DNA of 64,000 nucleotides from positions 10,702-74,701 of the IMG/VR virus record IMGVR_UViG_3300026484_000382. One strand, 5' to 3'. Numbering within the stretch: the stretch's first letter is position 1; every line of letters begins with the position of its first letter. Of the stretch, positions 51,647 to 61,129 are shown one piece after another. Position numbers and translations under genes: made by a program. The notes below the pieces were generated by a model. The model did no database searches. It saw only the letters and a program-made list of their open reading frames with translations, and was not told the origin of the DNA. This stretch comes from a virus.

Positions 51647-52600
51647 ATGATTTTTGGTAATGCTCAAAAGTATGTATCGATAGCAAAACAAATTATTAAT
51701 GAAATAAGTCATGGGGGAGACAACCCAGAGGAATTATTGAATAAGTATGCTAAAGAATACAATCTAAATGACAACATGAAACAAAGAGTTGTAGAAGAAT
51801 ATAATGTAAATATGTTTTTAAGTAAATTGAAAGATGGTAGTCACCAAGAGCATTACGTATTATTGAATCCTGTTATTGATGAAACACAAAAATGGAATTC
51901 TATCATTGAAAAAAATAATAAAGAAAATGAACATAAAAAGAATATGACTAAAACAGCTTTTTACAATGAAGAAGCTAATATTGTGTTTAAAAATAATTCA
52001 ATGGAATATGACCATGACCCACTTTTAAATGGTTCTTTTTCCGATAAAACATTGGTAAGTTCTTTTGAGTACGGAGATACTTCTGATTTACTTAAAGATG
52101 CTTCTTACAGAGAAAAACGTAGAGAAGAAGAGAAGTTTAAAGAGTTAGTAAAAACTGCTCACTATAAAGGTCATGAAGTTATAAATCAATTAGCAAATGA
52201 TTTAATAAAAGTAGCAAACATTTCAACAGGAGCTACAAAAACTATAATTTATGATTTAATTAAAGAAGGGCATGAAGATATTGCTAATACTGTTATGGAA
52301 AACTGCAAATACAAACCAAACGAAATACTTGCAGCAAAAATGACAGATGGTATATTTGAGCAAGATTTGCCTTTATTAAAAACATCTCAAGAACTTATAA
52401 AAGAAGCAACTATAAGTAAATTAATTATGAGAGTAATATCAGAAAAAGGTATGGAACATATTGGAAGTGCTTTAAACAAAATAAAAACTATGGTAGGGCC
52501 TAAAAATAGAGCAAAAATATATATGGCTTATGTAATGAGCAAATTCCTTACAGATAAAAAGCCTGGCGCATTACACAATAGTTTTATTCAGAACGCTTAA
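51647..52600 (+). CDS. Head core/scaffold-like protein with many KxA sites
   Basis: Start behind A-run AAGGAT; MTKTA, LLKDA, LVKTA, LIKVA and LIKEA. Confidence 0.65.
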   Translation: MIFGNAQKYVSIAKQIINEISHGGDNPEELLNKYAKEYNLNDNMKQRVVEEYNVNMFLSKLKDGSHQEHYVLLNPVIDETQKWNSIIEKNNKENEHKKNMTKTAFYNEEANIVFKNNSMEYDHDPLLNGSFSDKTLVSSFEYGDTSDLLKDASYREKRREEEKFKELVKTAHYKGHEVINQLANDLIKVANISTGATKTIIYDLIKEGHEDIANTVMENCKYKPNEILAAKMTDGIFEQDLPLLKTSQELIKEATISKLIMRVISEKGMEHIGSALNKIKTMVGPKNRAKIYMAYVMSKFLTDKKPGALHNSFIQNA

Positions 52601-52611
52601 AAGGATATAAT

Positions 52612-52746
52612 ATGGAAAACAATCAAAATTTAATTAAAATAGCTCAGGTAGTTAAAGAGCACGCAAAAAAATGGTATTTAAAAAAAATGGCAGCGTTAAA
52701 AATAATAGACACTATAGATGCATATAAAGAGGCAATGAAGAACTGA
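52612..52746 (+). CDS. 44-aa KxA peptide (MENNQNLIKIA...)
   Basis: AAAAGGAT SD; LIKIA, LKKMA and YKEA; below the ORF-track cutoff. Confidence 0.6.
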   Translation: MENNQNLIKIAQVVKEHAKKWYLKKMAALKIIDTIDAYKEAMKN

Positions 52747-52773
52747 TTTACTAATTCAGCTTTCTCAAGCCAT

Positions 52774-52800
52774 AGGCCCCAACTTTAATTTATGGGGCTT
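52774..52800. terminator. Hairpin between convergent genes
   Basis: AGGCCCCA...TGGGGCTT. Confidence 0.5.
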
Positions 52801-53329
52801 ACTGCTCTTTTTTGCTGTTATTGACTGCTTTGTGTGCAAAATAAGCTTGAGCGGCTCCTACAGTACCTATTCCACCCATAGTTTGTCCTTGTAATTTAGC
52901 TTCTTGTTTTATTAATTTTTTAAACAGATCTTTACTTTCAGCTAACAACTCATTTTTTTCACTTTTCGGTATCTCGTCAAGTACTTTTGTTGCCTGTTTA
53001 AGATTATAAATACGGTGTAACCCTTTTCCTAGTGCACCTGCTATTACACCTATCCCCGCACTTCTATTTATCTCAGCATCACTAGAACCCATTTGTTTTG
53101 CTAATAATGGAGCAGCTACAGACCCTCCTAATAAACCTAACTCAACTGGTAAAGAAAAACTTTTATATCCTTTTTTGCCTTGCAAAACTTGAACAAGATA
53201 AGGAATATCTTCTTGTAGTAGAACCCCTGATGCAGCACCTCCAGCTGCAGAAATCCCATCACTTATCATTTTTTTACTTTTATCAGAATCTTTTTTGTTT
53301 GCTGTTTTAATTAAATAAAAACTTCTCAT
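52799..53329 (-). CDS. KxA-leader protein (MRSFYLIKTA) with Gly/Ala helices
   Basis: True start at 53329; SAAGGAASG, GLLGGSVAA, AGIGVIAGALG and GGIGTVGAA. Confidence 0.75.
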   Translation of the reverse strand: MRSFYLIKTANKKDSDKSKKMISDGISAAGGAASGVLLQEDIPYLVQVLQGKKGYKSFSLPVELGLLGGSVAAPLLAKQMGSSDAEINRSAGIGVIAGALGKGLHRIYNLKQATKVLDEIPKSEKNELLAESKDLFKKLIKQEAKLQGQTMGGIGTVGAAQAYFAHKAVNNSKKEQ

Positions 53330-53334
53330 TGTTA

Positions 53335-53371
53335 ATCCTTTTTTAGATATAATTATATCTAAAAAAAGGAT
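53335..53371. promoter_or_regulatory. Palindromic bidirectional promoter/RBS unit
   Basis: ATCC-T6-AGATATAATTATATCT-A7-GGAT, with TATAAT and AAGGAT on both strands. Confidence 0.75.
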
Positions 53372-53375
53372 ATTT

Positions 53376-54821
53376 ATGGCGTTAAATAATTTTGTCAATA
53401 TAATAACAGACACATATAATCCAAGTTCTGTGGATAGTTTATTTGAACAATATGGGGTAGAAGGGTTTAGTGGAACGGATGCTAGTCTAGTTTCTATGAA
53501 TGCACCAGCTTGGTTGTTTGTTATTGCATATAAGACTCAAGCAGATAATGGAGATGATGATGGAAAAATTAAAAACTCTGTTTCAAATATTCTATCAAAG
53601 AAAAATAGCGACAATATTGTCTTATACAAAGAGCATAACTATAGTAGCCAAAACATACTAGCACAAGCACTTTTATACTTTAGAGGCTCTAATTATAAAG
53701 TAGACAGTATTGTTGATTATTATAACGATGTAACTGGTGATGACAAGACAATTGAAGCTATATTACATCAAGATACAAATAATGCATCAGTTGCAACTAT
53801 AATCTTTTCAGATGTTAAGTATATTAAAGGACTGGATGTTGATAAAACTATTTCGACATACAGAGATGCTTTCGTTGATGTTAATTATAAAAACGATTAC
53901 CCTTTAGCAGGATTAATATTTAAGGCTTTATTTAACGATAGTATACAAGATAAAGTTAAAGAAATTATTGATAAATTAAAAGACAGCAATGCTTCCGGTA
54001 GATTTGGTAAACACGATTCTATTTTTAAAAAATTTTCAACAAATAACACTGAACCAGTAATAGAAGAACTGTGTCAATTGATATCTGTGTTGTCAAATGA
54101 AAAAGCAGATGAAGTTTTAAGTAAAGATGGTTATTTGTATGACATATTAGTAAGTTTAACGGACGATGTCAACACATCATCAAGCCCTATTGTTGAATCT
54201 ATAGATTTTAGTAAATGCACTGGGTTTTCGTATTTAGAAACAGGTTTTTCTCTTTCTACTTATAAAAATAAAGTGGCAGATTACTACCCTGTGTTTGGTT
54301 TAATGAATGTTTATGTTTACAATAGGGGAGCAACAATTAACACTGATATTATTAATACTTTTATTGATAATAAATTAAGTAATCCTTACACATTTCCATA
54401 TGAAGACACAATAGTGTCAGGAGTTAATTTGATATCTCAATTAGCTTACACTTGGTCTTTTGATAATGAAATAGAAGGGTTGTCTGACTTATTAATAAAG
54501 CTATTTTCTCAAATAGACTCAGATATTACATTTGACGATGATGACTCTAATTTTCAAAAAACAGTGAAAGTTAATGCTGTAGCAGGATTTATATCTGAGT
54601 TTACAGAAGGTTCACAAATAAACATGTATGGAGCAATTAATATTTTGTTTAATAAAATAAACGCTAAACATAAAAAATGGTGTAACGATAATGATAAAAA
54701 TTTTGATGATTATGATTCTGACGAAGGATATTCTAGCGATAGAGACAAAGTTTTTGGATTAGACTATATTGATTTTGATAGTTACAAAAAATGGTGCCAA
54801 AACTTTGGGAAAGACTTTTAA
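53376..54821 (+). CDS. Acidic hypothetical protein
   Basis: 481-aa ORF with SD. Confidence 0.55.
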   Translation: MALNNFVNIITDTYNPSSVDSLFEQYGVEGFSGTDASLVSMNAPAWLFVIAYKTQADNGDDDGKIKNSVSNILSKKNSDNIVLYKEHNYSSQNILAQALLYFRGSNYKVDSIVDYYNDVTGDDKTIEAILHQDTNNASVATIIFSDVKYIKGLDVDKTISTYRDAFVDVNYKNDYPLAGLIFKALFNDSIQDKVKEIIDKLKDSNASGRFGKHDSIFKKFSTNNTEPVIEELCQLISVLSNEKADEVLSKDGYLYDILVSLTDDVNTSSSPIVESIDFSKCTGFSYLETGFSLSTYKNKVADYYPVFGLMNVYVYNRGATINTDIINTFIDNKLSNPYTFPYEDTIVSGVNLISQLAYTWSFDNEIEGLSDLLIKLFSQIDSDITFDDDDSNFQKTVKVNAVAGFISEFTEGSQINMYGAINILFNKINAKHKKWCNDNDKNFDDYDSDEGYSSDRDKVFGLDYIDFDSYKKWCQNFGKDF

Positions 54822-55126
54822 GTTTCTTCTTCCCCTATTGTTTTTTCTAAATAATCTACAACCCTAATACACTCCCCATTTTGTGTCCAACTTTCTTTTT
54901 CTCTTATGATATGAAACCTATTTGGATTATGAAGTATATTTGTCATAAATTCTGCAAATTCCGACGCAGAAGTGTCTTCTGCTATTAAAAACACTTTAGT
55001 TTTGTATTCAAACCCTTTAAAGGGATTGGTCTTCATTTCTGCTCCACTTGGTCTAGGCATTCCACTTAAATGCGTTTGCAACCTTTCGGCACTATTGTTT
55101 AATATTTTATTTATTTCTTGAAACAT
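54818..55126 (-). CDS. Hypothetical head-module protein
   Basis: AAAGG SD; part of a minus-strand operon. Confidence 0.55.
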   Translation of the reverse strand: MFQEINKILNNSAERLQTHLSGMPRPSGAEMKTNPFKGFEYKTKVFLIAEDTSASEFAEFMTNILHNPNRFHIIREKESWTQNGECIRVVDYLEKTIGEEET

Positions 55127-55129
55127 GTT

Positions 55130-55375
55130 TTACCTTTTTTCTTCTGTTAAATGATTGTATAGTTTAATTGAAACTTTTCTATATTTTTTAAAATCTTCCA
55201 GAGTGATATTAGAGAAAGGAATTTTATCACTCAATCCAATAAAGAACATAACAATATTATAAATCTCATTAGTTGTTTTGAACCTATTATCTGATATAAA
55301 AGATAATTCATCGGGTGTTAGTTTTTTTTGTTTATGTAGATTTAACAGTTTATTGTTGAATTGTTTTAAGGTCAT
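55130..55375 (-). CDS. Hypothetical protein
   Basis: GGGAG SD; part of a minus-strand operon. Confidence 0.5.
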   Translation of the reverse strand: MTLKQFNNKLLNLHKQKKLTPDELSFISDNRFKTTNEIYNIVMFFIGLSDKIPFSNITLEDFKKYRKVSIKLYNHLTEEKR

Positions 55376-55621
55376 TTAACTCCCTTTAAAAGAGGCCACC
55401 TCTGACAATGTTTTTCTTGCCCCATCACCAGATTTAAACATTCCAACTCCTCCCATTAACAATGAACCACGACCAATTACTTTATTTAACATTGATGTTT
55501 TACCAAACCCATTGTTATGTATTAAATTTTTACCAAAGTTACCTAACATTTTAACACCGCTTATAGCCGGACTAAGCAAATTAGGAAATGCCTTTTTTTC
55601 TAAATAAGTATGTGCTTTCAT
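55376..55621 (-). CDS. KxA-leader small amphipathic protein (MKAHTYLEKKA)
   Basis: Leader motif; Gly/Lys amphipathic body. Confidence 0.6.
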   Translation of the reverse strand: MKAHTYLEKKAFPNLLSPAISGVKMLGNFGKNLIHNNGFGKTSMLNKVIGRGSLLMGGVGMFKSGDGARKTLSEVASFKGS

Positions 55622-55623
55622 TT

Positions 55624-55899
55624 TTACGCATCCCATTTTAAAATTTTATCTGATCTATGAAAAGCAATAGTTTTCATTGCAGGAAGTGTTTTTTTACAGT
55701 TTGTTAAAGCACATCTTTTTTTGCTTATTGTTTTTACATAAAATTTACCAAGTCCCTTTAAATAAATAACACCTTCACTTTTCCCTCTCATGTTCTTTAC
55801 TATGTCAATAAAATTATCCATAACTTTTCTAACTACAGCTTCATCAATATTTGTATTTCTGGATATGTCTTTAACCAGTTCAGTGTATATCTTCTTCAT
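55624..55899 (-). CDS. hup: HU/IHF-family DNA-binding protein
   Basis: ELVKDISRNTNI...IYLKGLGKF...LPAMKTIAF. Confidence 0.85.
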   Translation of the reverse strand: MKKIYTELVKDISRNTNIDEAVVRKVMDNFIDIVKNMRGKSEGVIYLKGLGKFYVKTISKKRCALTNCKKTLPAMKTIAFHRSDKILKWDA

Positions 55900-55996
55900 A
55901 TGTAGAACCTTTTTTCATATATTTTAACAAAATAATAAAAACATTACAATAAAAAAAATAAATTTGCTATAATAATCACAAAAAAAAGGATAAAAA

Positions 55997-56494
55997 ATGG
56001 ATAGAAATGAACTATTATCTGAGATAGTTGCTTCAGCTGAACAAGAAGTGATGGGGCTTGATAAAACAGCTAGTTACACTGAAAACCCTGAAGCTGTAAA
56101 AAAAATACCTGTAGACAAACCAACAAGTGTTATTACTAAATTGAAAGAAAGAAGTTTCCATAATCAAGCAACTTACACAGAGGATTTACATGAAATAAAC
56201 AATGTAGAAGGCGGACCAAACACTTCCCCTGAAATGGTTTACCCTAAACTATCTGTTGATAAAGAAACAAGTATAACAAAACTAGCTCATTCTAGCGATG
56301 AAATAGTTTCCTTAATAAGAGAAACTGAACAAGAATTAAATAAAGAAGCTTCTGTTGATGAAACAAATATTTCTTATTTTTTAGAAAAAACAGCAGCAGA
56401 GACAATAGCTGAGATTAATGATTTAGAAAAAACTGCTGAAGAATTTGGAACTATGGTTGCTAGAGCATTTTTAAGTGAAATAGGGAGATATTAA
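55997..56494 (+). CDS. Acidic scaffold-like protein with five KxA sites
   Basis: LDKTA, ITKLA, LNKEA and LEKTA twice; TGCTATAAT promoter. Confidence 0.7.
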   Translation: MDRNELLSEIVASAEQEVMGLDKTASYTENPEAVKKIPVDKPTSVITKLKERSFHNQATYTEDLHEINNVEGGPNTSPEMVYPKLSVDKETSITKLAHSSDEIVSLIRETEQELNKEASVDETNISYFLEKTAAETIAEINDLEKTAEEFGTMVARAFLSEIGRY

Positions 56495-56655
56495 TGAAAA
56501 AAAATACTTCGAAAGTAGCTAATGAATTAAGAAAGTTGACAAACAATATATCTTCAGGAAAAATACAAATTGAAGGCAATTTGTCTTTTAAAGAACTTTC
56601 TAAAACTGCTACAATCAATAGATTACAAATATTAATGGGTGTTATTAAAAACTAA
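56494..56655 (+). CDS. 53-aa peptide with KxA sites
   Basis: TAATG coupling at both ends; TSKVA and LSKTA. Confidence 0.6.
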   Translation: MKKNTSKVANELRKLTNNISSGKIQIEGNLSFKELSKTATINRLQILMGVIKN

Positions 56656-58124
56656 TGGCTATAACGGTAAATGATGACATCATTTATGTGGATGATGGGG
56701 AATATTCTTTTAATGACATATACGAGAAAGTAAAATCGCCCCTTAATGATGATGCTCAAAAAGCAGGTGATAACTTTTTTTATTTTAACTACAATATTGT
56801 AGTAGGTAAAAATACTGCGGCTACATTAAAAGATTTAAATGTGTCAGTTTGGATTGATAAAGAAAATTTTCAAATTCATCAAGGCTCAACTCTCCAATTA
56901 GGGGAGTTAATTAATGACAAGCCTGCCAATGGGTGTAGGATAAATATGCCTAATGTTAAATTAGGGTATGGTTTTGGATGTTCCGACAAAGACGGTGATT
57001 ATACATTGTCTGGCGATTTATATGCTTACGATAGTTATCTTGATATATTTGGCTTTTGGGGTTTTTTTAATGATCCAGAAAAACAAAAAGTGGAAATAAT
57101 AGATACTACAATAAATGGATTTGGAAGATTTTCTGGCAAAGATTCTATAATTGAAAATATTATTTTTATTAATGCTCATAAAAAATATGGAACAGTATCA
57201 ACTCTTGGAGTAATAAAAAAAATGAGCAATATTCAGATAAATCACACAGATAAAGATAATGATGGTGTGTGTTTTTATTTTAATGGGGATATATCTGGAG
57301 ATTGCTTAATTAGTAACATTTTTTTACCTGAAGATTATAAAACTTTACTTTATTGTGAAGAAACTGATGAAGACAAATTTTTTACAATTCTTGACACAAA
57401 TATTGAGAATGCTGAATGTGATTTTAAAGACGAACACAGTTACTTACTAATAAAGAGTTCTATTACCTTATTGCCCGATGAGAATGATTATAATATACAA
57501 ATATTTGATTCATCAAATAATAAAATAGATGAATTTGATACAAACGATAGGGTTAGAACAGAGTTACTGTATAGAAAGAAAAATAAAGATAATGATATTT
57601 TTTACAAAAATTATAAAATAATTATAAATAATAATATAGAATTTAGAATAACACCTTCTGAAACTCTAGTTATCCCTATACCATCTATTTATAAAAAAAT
57701 GAGACCACTTTGGGACACTCCATTTTTTTACGGAGAGAAAGAAACTATCTATTTAGGAGATTTGTATTCATTTATTGTTAAGTCTTATAATAAGCCAGAA
57801 ATAAAACTGTATAAAACAGGTAATGGTGTTATGTGTGAACCAGACAGTATAACTGAACAAAGTGTAGAAAATTTATGGAAAGTAACATTCTTAATAGGGG
57901 AATTGGGAGAAGAAACTGAAGATGGAGAAAAATGGGTTGATGGTGTTTATTATCTAAAAGGGGTAGATAATAGTAATAACCAGGTATTTACTAAAGAAAT
58001 TTACATCAAAAGAGAAGAAGAGAAAGAGTTAAATAAAATAGACGTTAATAAAATAATTAATTTAATTAGAGACACCTCCAGCACTCTTTCTTCAAGTAAT
58101 AATGGCGGTAAAATAATTATGTAA
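56655..58124 (+). CDS. Putative virion protein with beta-helix-like N-half
   Basis: Repeating beta-turn pattern; acidic. Confidence 0.5.
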   Translation: MAITVNDDIIYVDDGEYSFNDIYEKVKSPLNDDAQKAGDNFFYFNYNIVVGKNTAATLKDLNVSVWIDKENFQIHQGSTLQLGELINDKPANGCRINMPNVKLGYGFGCSDKDGDYTLSGDLYAYDSYLDIFGFWGFFNDPEKQKVEIIDTTINGFGRFSGKDSIIENIIFINAHKKYGTVSTLGVIKKMSNIQINHTDKDNDGVCFYFNGDISGDCLISNIFLPEDYKTLLYCEETDEDKFFTILDTNIENAECDFKDEHSYLLIKSSITLLPDENDYNIQIFDSSNNKIDEFDTNDRVRTELLYRKKNKDNDIFYKNYKIIINNNIEFRITPSETLVIPIPSIYKKMRPLWDTPFFYGEKETIYLGDLYSFIVKSYNKPEIKLYKTGNGVMCEPDSITEQSVENLWKVTFLIGELGEETEDGEKWVDGVYYLKGVDNSNNQVFTKEIYIKREEEKELNKIDVNKIINLIRDTSSTLSSSNNGGKIIM

Positions 58125-58191
58125 AACATCTTTTTGTAAAAAAAAATAAAATAGGTATAATATATTTCTTATATCAAGAAAAGGATAGAAA

Positions 58192-58839
58192 ATGACAAGA
58201 TGGCCCATAAATAAATCAAATAGATTTTTGATTACTACCGACAGAGATAGTATGAATGTTAACGATTGGGAAGTTTTTATAACTGACATAGTTGAAAAGA
58301 CTTCTAATGAAGAAACATCAAATGTTGAGATAAGCGAAATCATTGTTGATGTTGAAGATGTGGAAGGTTCTATAGCTTCAGACTCTGCTGCTGGAACAAG
58401 AATCATTCATTTGAATACAGATGAAGGAGCTAAGTTTAAAGTTGGAGACAAAATAAAAATACCTACAGTTGATGGTGATGATTACAGAGAAATAAAATCA
58501 ATTAGTGGTGATGATATTGTTATTTACAGAAAATTATCTGCTGATGTTAAAGCTGATACAGATGACGATGGAAAAAATGATAATAAAATTACATTAGTTG
58601 GTAATACAGGTGATTATGTTGTAAAAGTTACATCTTCTGAATTGTCTACACCATTGGAAGCAGGTAAAGATTACCAAGTAATGGTACAATCTAGAAACTT
58701 ACAAATGGACATGAAATCTGAAGTATTCCATGTAACACCTTATGATATAGATGAGTTGGGTGATGACTTAGATGAGATTAAAGACAAGATTGATGTTTTA
58801 AGTAATAAGACTACAACATCAGGAAGAATATTTATTTAA
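58192..58839 (+). CDS. Acidic putative virion protein
   Basis: Own promoter and SD; C-terminal coiled segment. Confidence 0.55.
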   Translation: MTRWPINKSNRFLITTDRDSMNVNDWEVFITDIVEKTSNEETSNVEISEIIVDVEDVEGSIASDSAAGTRIIHLNTDEGAKFKVGDKIKIPTVDGDDYREIKSISGDDIVIYRKLSADVKADTDDDGKNDNKITLVGNTGDYVVKVTSSELSTPLEAGKDYQVMVQSRNLQMDMKSEVFHVTPYDIDELGDDLDEIKDKIDVLSNKTTTSGRIFI

Positions 58840-58854
58840 TTAAAAGGATAAAAA

Positions 58855-59232
58855 ATGGCTGATAAAAGTTACAGATTTTCAGAATGTTATATTAAAATAA
58901 AAAATCAAATGATTTCTATTTCTAAAACAGATTTAGTTGGTAACAAACTTCCGGAAGGAATTCAAGTTATGAGTAATGCTATTGCGGGTATGTCAATAAA
59001 AAGAATAGGGACTAAACAAGTGTTTTTTATTGATAGTTTTCTAGAACAAAAAGGGAAATTCGATTACTCTTTTGTTTTATTTGATGAAGCAGATAAAAAC
59101 AAAAAAGTTTTAGAACAAAATAAAGAAGTACTATCAAACCTTATTGATGAACTATTTATAGACATTCCACCATTCTTTCCAGTAGAAGATAGTGAAGATA
59201 GTGAAGATAGTGAAGAGAGTGAAAGTAAATAA
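58855..59232 (+). CDS. Hypothetical protein with EDS-repeat tail
   Basis: GAAGATAGT three times at 59185-59211. Confidence 0.55.
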   Translation: MADKSYRFSECYIKIKNQMISISKTDLVGNKLPEGIQVMSNAIAGMSIKRIGTKQVFFIDSFLEQKGKFDYSFVLFDEADKNKKVLEQNKEVLSNLIDELFIDIPPFFPVEDSEDSEDSEESESK

Positions 59233-59314
59233 TCTCACTTACTTTCTTTCCTTCTTTTTTTTGAATTCATTTATGTTATAATATGATTAAAAATAAATTA
59301 TTAAAGGATAATGA

Positions 59315-60076
59315 ATGAATTCTATTTCTTTTTTATACAAAAAGGCTGACTTTTATGAACAACAATCCAACAGGGAATTACCCCCTATAAACATAACTCC
59401 ACAGGAAGAAAAACAAAGTATTTTGCAAAACATTAAAAATAAATTTAATAATGCAACCGATCTTGTTGCAACAAAAACAAAGAATGGAATATTAAAACAA
59501 CAACTTAAAGAACAATCTGATAATGCTGACGAATGGAAAAGTAGACATGCAAATGTATTTGAGGAGCTAAATAAAACAAAAAGTTCTTTGGATGACTTAG
59601 AAGCTTCTAAAATGGAATTAGAGGCTAGGCTAAAAAGACAGATTGGGGCATTAAGAAGATTAAAACATGAAGATAAAATTCAAAACAAACAACAAGTTAT
59701 GGCATTGGAAAATCAAATAAATCATTTATCAGGTCAAATATCTGCTCACTCAAAAACTATTTCAAACTACAAACAACAATTAAAGTCAGCAGAGGAGATT
59801 ATTAATGATAATACTCAAGATATAATACAGAAAGAAAATACAATAAAAACATTAAAAACAACTCTTGATGGACACAAAGAAGAAATAGTTGGTTTAAATA
59901 AAAGATTGGATGAACATAAGAACACTATAGAAGAGCTAACTAAAACTCTTGGAAAAACAGAAACTTCAAATAAGTATCTTAAATGGGGAGCAGGAATTGC
60001 TATCCCAACAGTAGGAATGGGAGGATATTTAATGGGTAAATCAAGTAATTCAACAGGAGGAAATAATGCTAACTAA
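59315..60076 (+). CDS. KxA-leader coiled-coil protein (MNSISFLYKKA) with C-terminal Gly-rich anchor
   Basis: Long heptad repeat; WGAGIAIPTVGMGGYLMG; overlaps the protease start. Confidence 0.7.
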   Translation: MNSISFLYKKADFYEQQSNRELPPINITPQEEKQSILQNIKNKFNNATDLVATKTKNGILKQQLKEQSDNADEWKSRHANVFEELNKTKSSLDDLEASKMELEARLKRQIGALRRLKHEDKIQNKQQVMALENQINHLSGQISAHSKTISNYKQQLKSAEEIINDNTQDIIQKENTIKTLKTTLDGHKEEIVGLNKRLDEHKNTIEELTKTLGKTETSNKYLKWGAGIAIPTVGMGGYLMGKSSNSTGGNNAN

Positions 60077-60731
60077 ATACATTGACGGAGATGCTTACTT
60101 AGTAACGCCAGCACATGCTAAACATTGTAATGGTAGTTGTGATTGGTTACAAAAAGAAGCTAGTGTAACACCAGAATCAGTACATTTTTTTGACAATTTA
60201 AAACCAAAACCAGACCATGTGTATCTATTAACAATAGCAATGACAGCAGGAGAATTTTTTGGAGCTAACAAAAATGGAGACTATTTTAGAGAACAGGATC
60301 TAAAAAAATATTACAAAGATTTTAAAGGTGCTGGAGTTTTCTGGAATCACGACAACAAAGATATGAGTAAATCAAGTGGAAAAGTTATTGAGGCTTTCTA
60401 CAATGAACATATGCATAGAGTTGAATTAATTATAGAGTTCCATAAAGATAAAGCTAGATATATTCCTAGTTATATAAAAGATAAAAAACCTATAGCAGTT
60501 TCAATGGGATTAAAAACATCATCGGAAGTATGTTGTATATGTGGTAATGTTACAAGAAATAGTTATGCTACCAGATGTAGTCATCTTAAATATCAAATGA
60601 ATCAAGTTCTTGATGATGGAAGAAAAGTTTATGCCATAAGTAATACACCTCTTAAGATATTTGATATTTCCGTTGTCTTTAATCCAGCTGACAGAACTGC
60701 TTATACTTTATACACAAAATCAGGAACTTAA
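60066..60731 (+). CDS. Prohead maturation protease (HK97/assemblin clan) with Cys/His insert
   Basis: NKNGDYF, WNHDN (putative catalytic His), VSMG (putative catalytic Ser), CCICG...CSH and FDISVVFNPAD; LQKEA-S near the N-terminus. Confidence 0.8.
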   Translation: MLTKYIDGDAYLVTPAHAKHCNGSCDWLQKEASVTPESVHFFDNLKPKPDHVYLLTIAMTAGEFFGANKNGDYFREQDLKKYYKDFKGAGVFWNHDNKDMSKSSGKVIEAFYNEHMHRVELIIEFHKDKARYIPSYIKDKKPIAVSMGLKTSSEVCCICGNVTRNSYATRCSHLKYQMNQVLDDGRKVYAISNTPLKIFDISVVFNPADRTAYTLYTKSGT

Positions 60732-60754
60732 CCTAAAAAAAAGAACAGGAGGGA

Positions 60755-61036
60755 TTAACCCACTAGGGTCATTGTCCCATCCTCATTCAGATTATAAACG
60801 ATGCAATCGTTTATATCCTGCCCTTTTTTCCCTAACAATACTTTGAATTGGGCTTCTTTTGCCCCACTCCATGTTAGGTTTGCTGGGTCTATTGACGCCA
60901 GCGTTTCCCCTTCAGTGGTGAAGATAGACCATTGCCCATCTTGCACCCTTACTCTGAAAGGGATTGGATCTCCCCATGGAAGTTGCAATTCTGCAACCCC
61001 CATAGAGGAGAATAATTTTCTGTCAACTGCTGCCAT
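60755..61036 (-). CDS. 93-aa hypothetical protein with atypically GC-rich DNA
   Basis: AAAGGAG SD before the ATG at 61036; antisense to its neighbours. Confidence 0.6.
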   Translation of the reverse strand: MAAVDRKLFSSMGVAELQLPWGDPIPFRVRVQDGQWSIFTTEGETLASIDPANLTWSGAKEAQFKVLLGKKGQDINDCIVYNLNEDGTMTLVG

Positions 61037-61129
61037 TTTTTCTCCTTTTTTTTTGGATTTTTCGGCTATATATATATAACCCATTAAGTAAGTTTTTTTT
61101 GATATAATAATACAAAAAAAAGGATTACA

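Noticed and set aside
11809-55636. Upstream starts given in the ORF track for 11809, 51509, 53413 and 55636
   Set aside because: These extensions run through promoter/SD sequence or the neighbouring gene. Downstream ATGs (11866, 51647, 53329, 55621) have SD-like motifs, and three of them expose the conserved leader.
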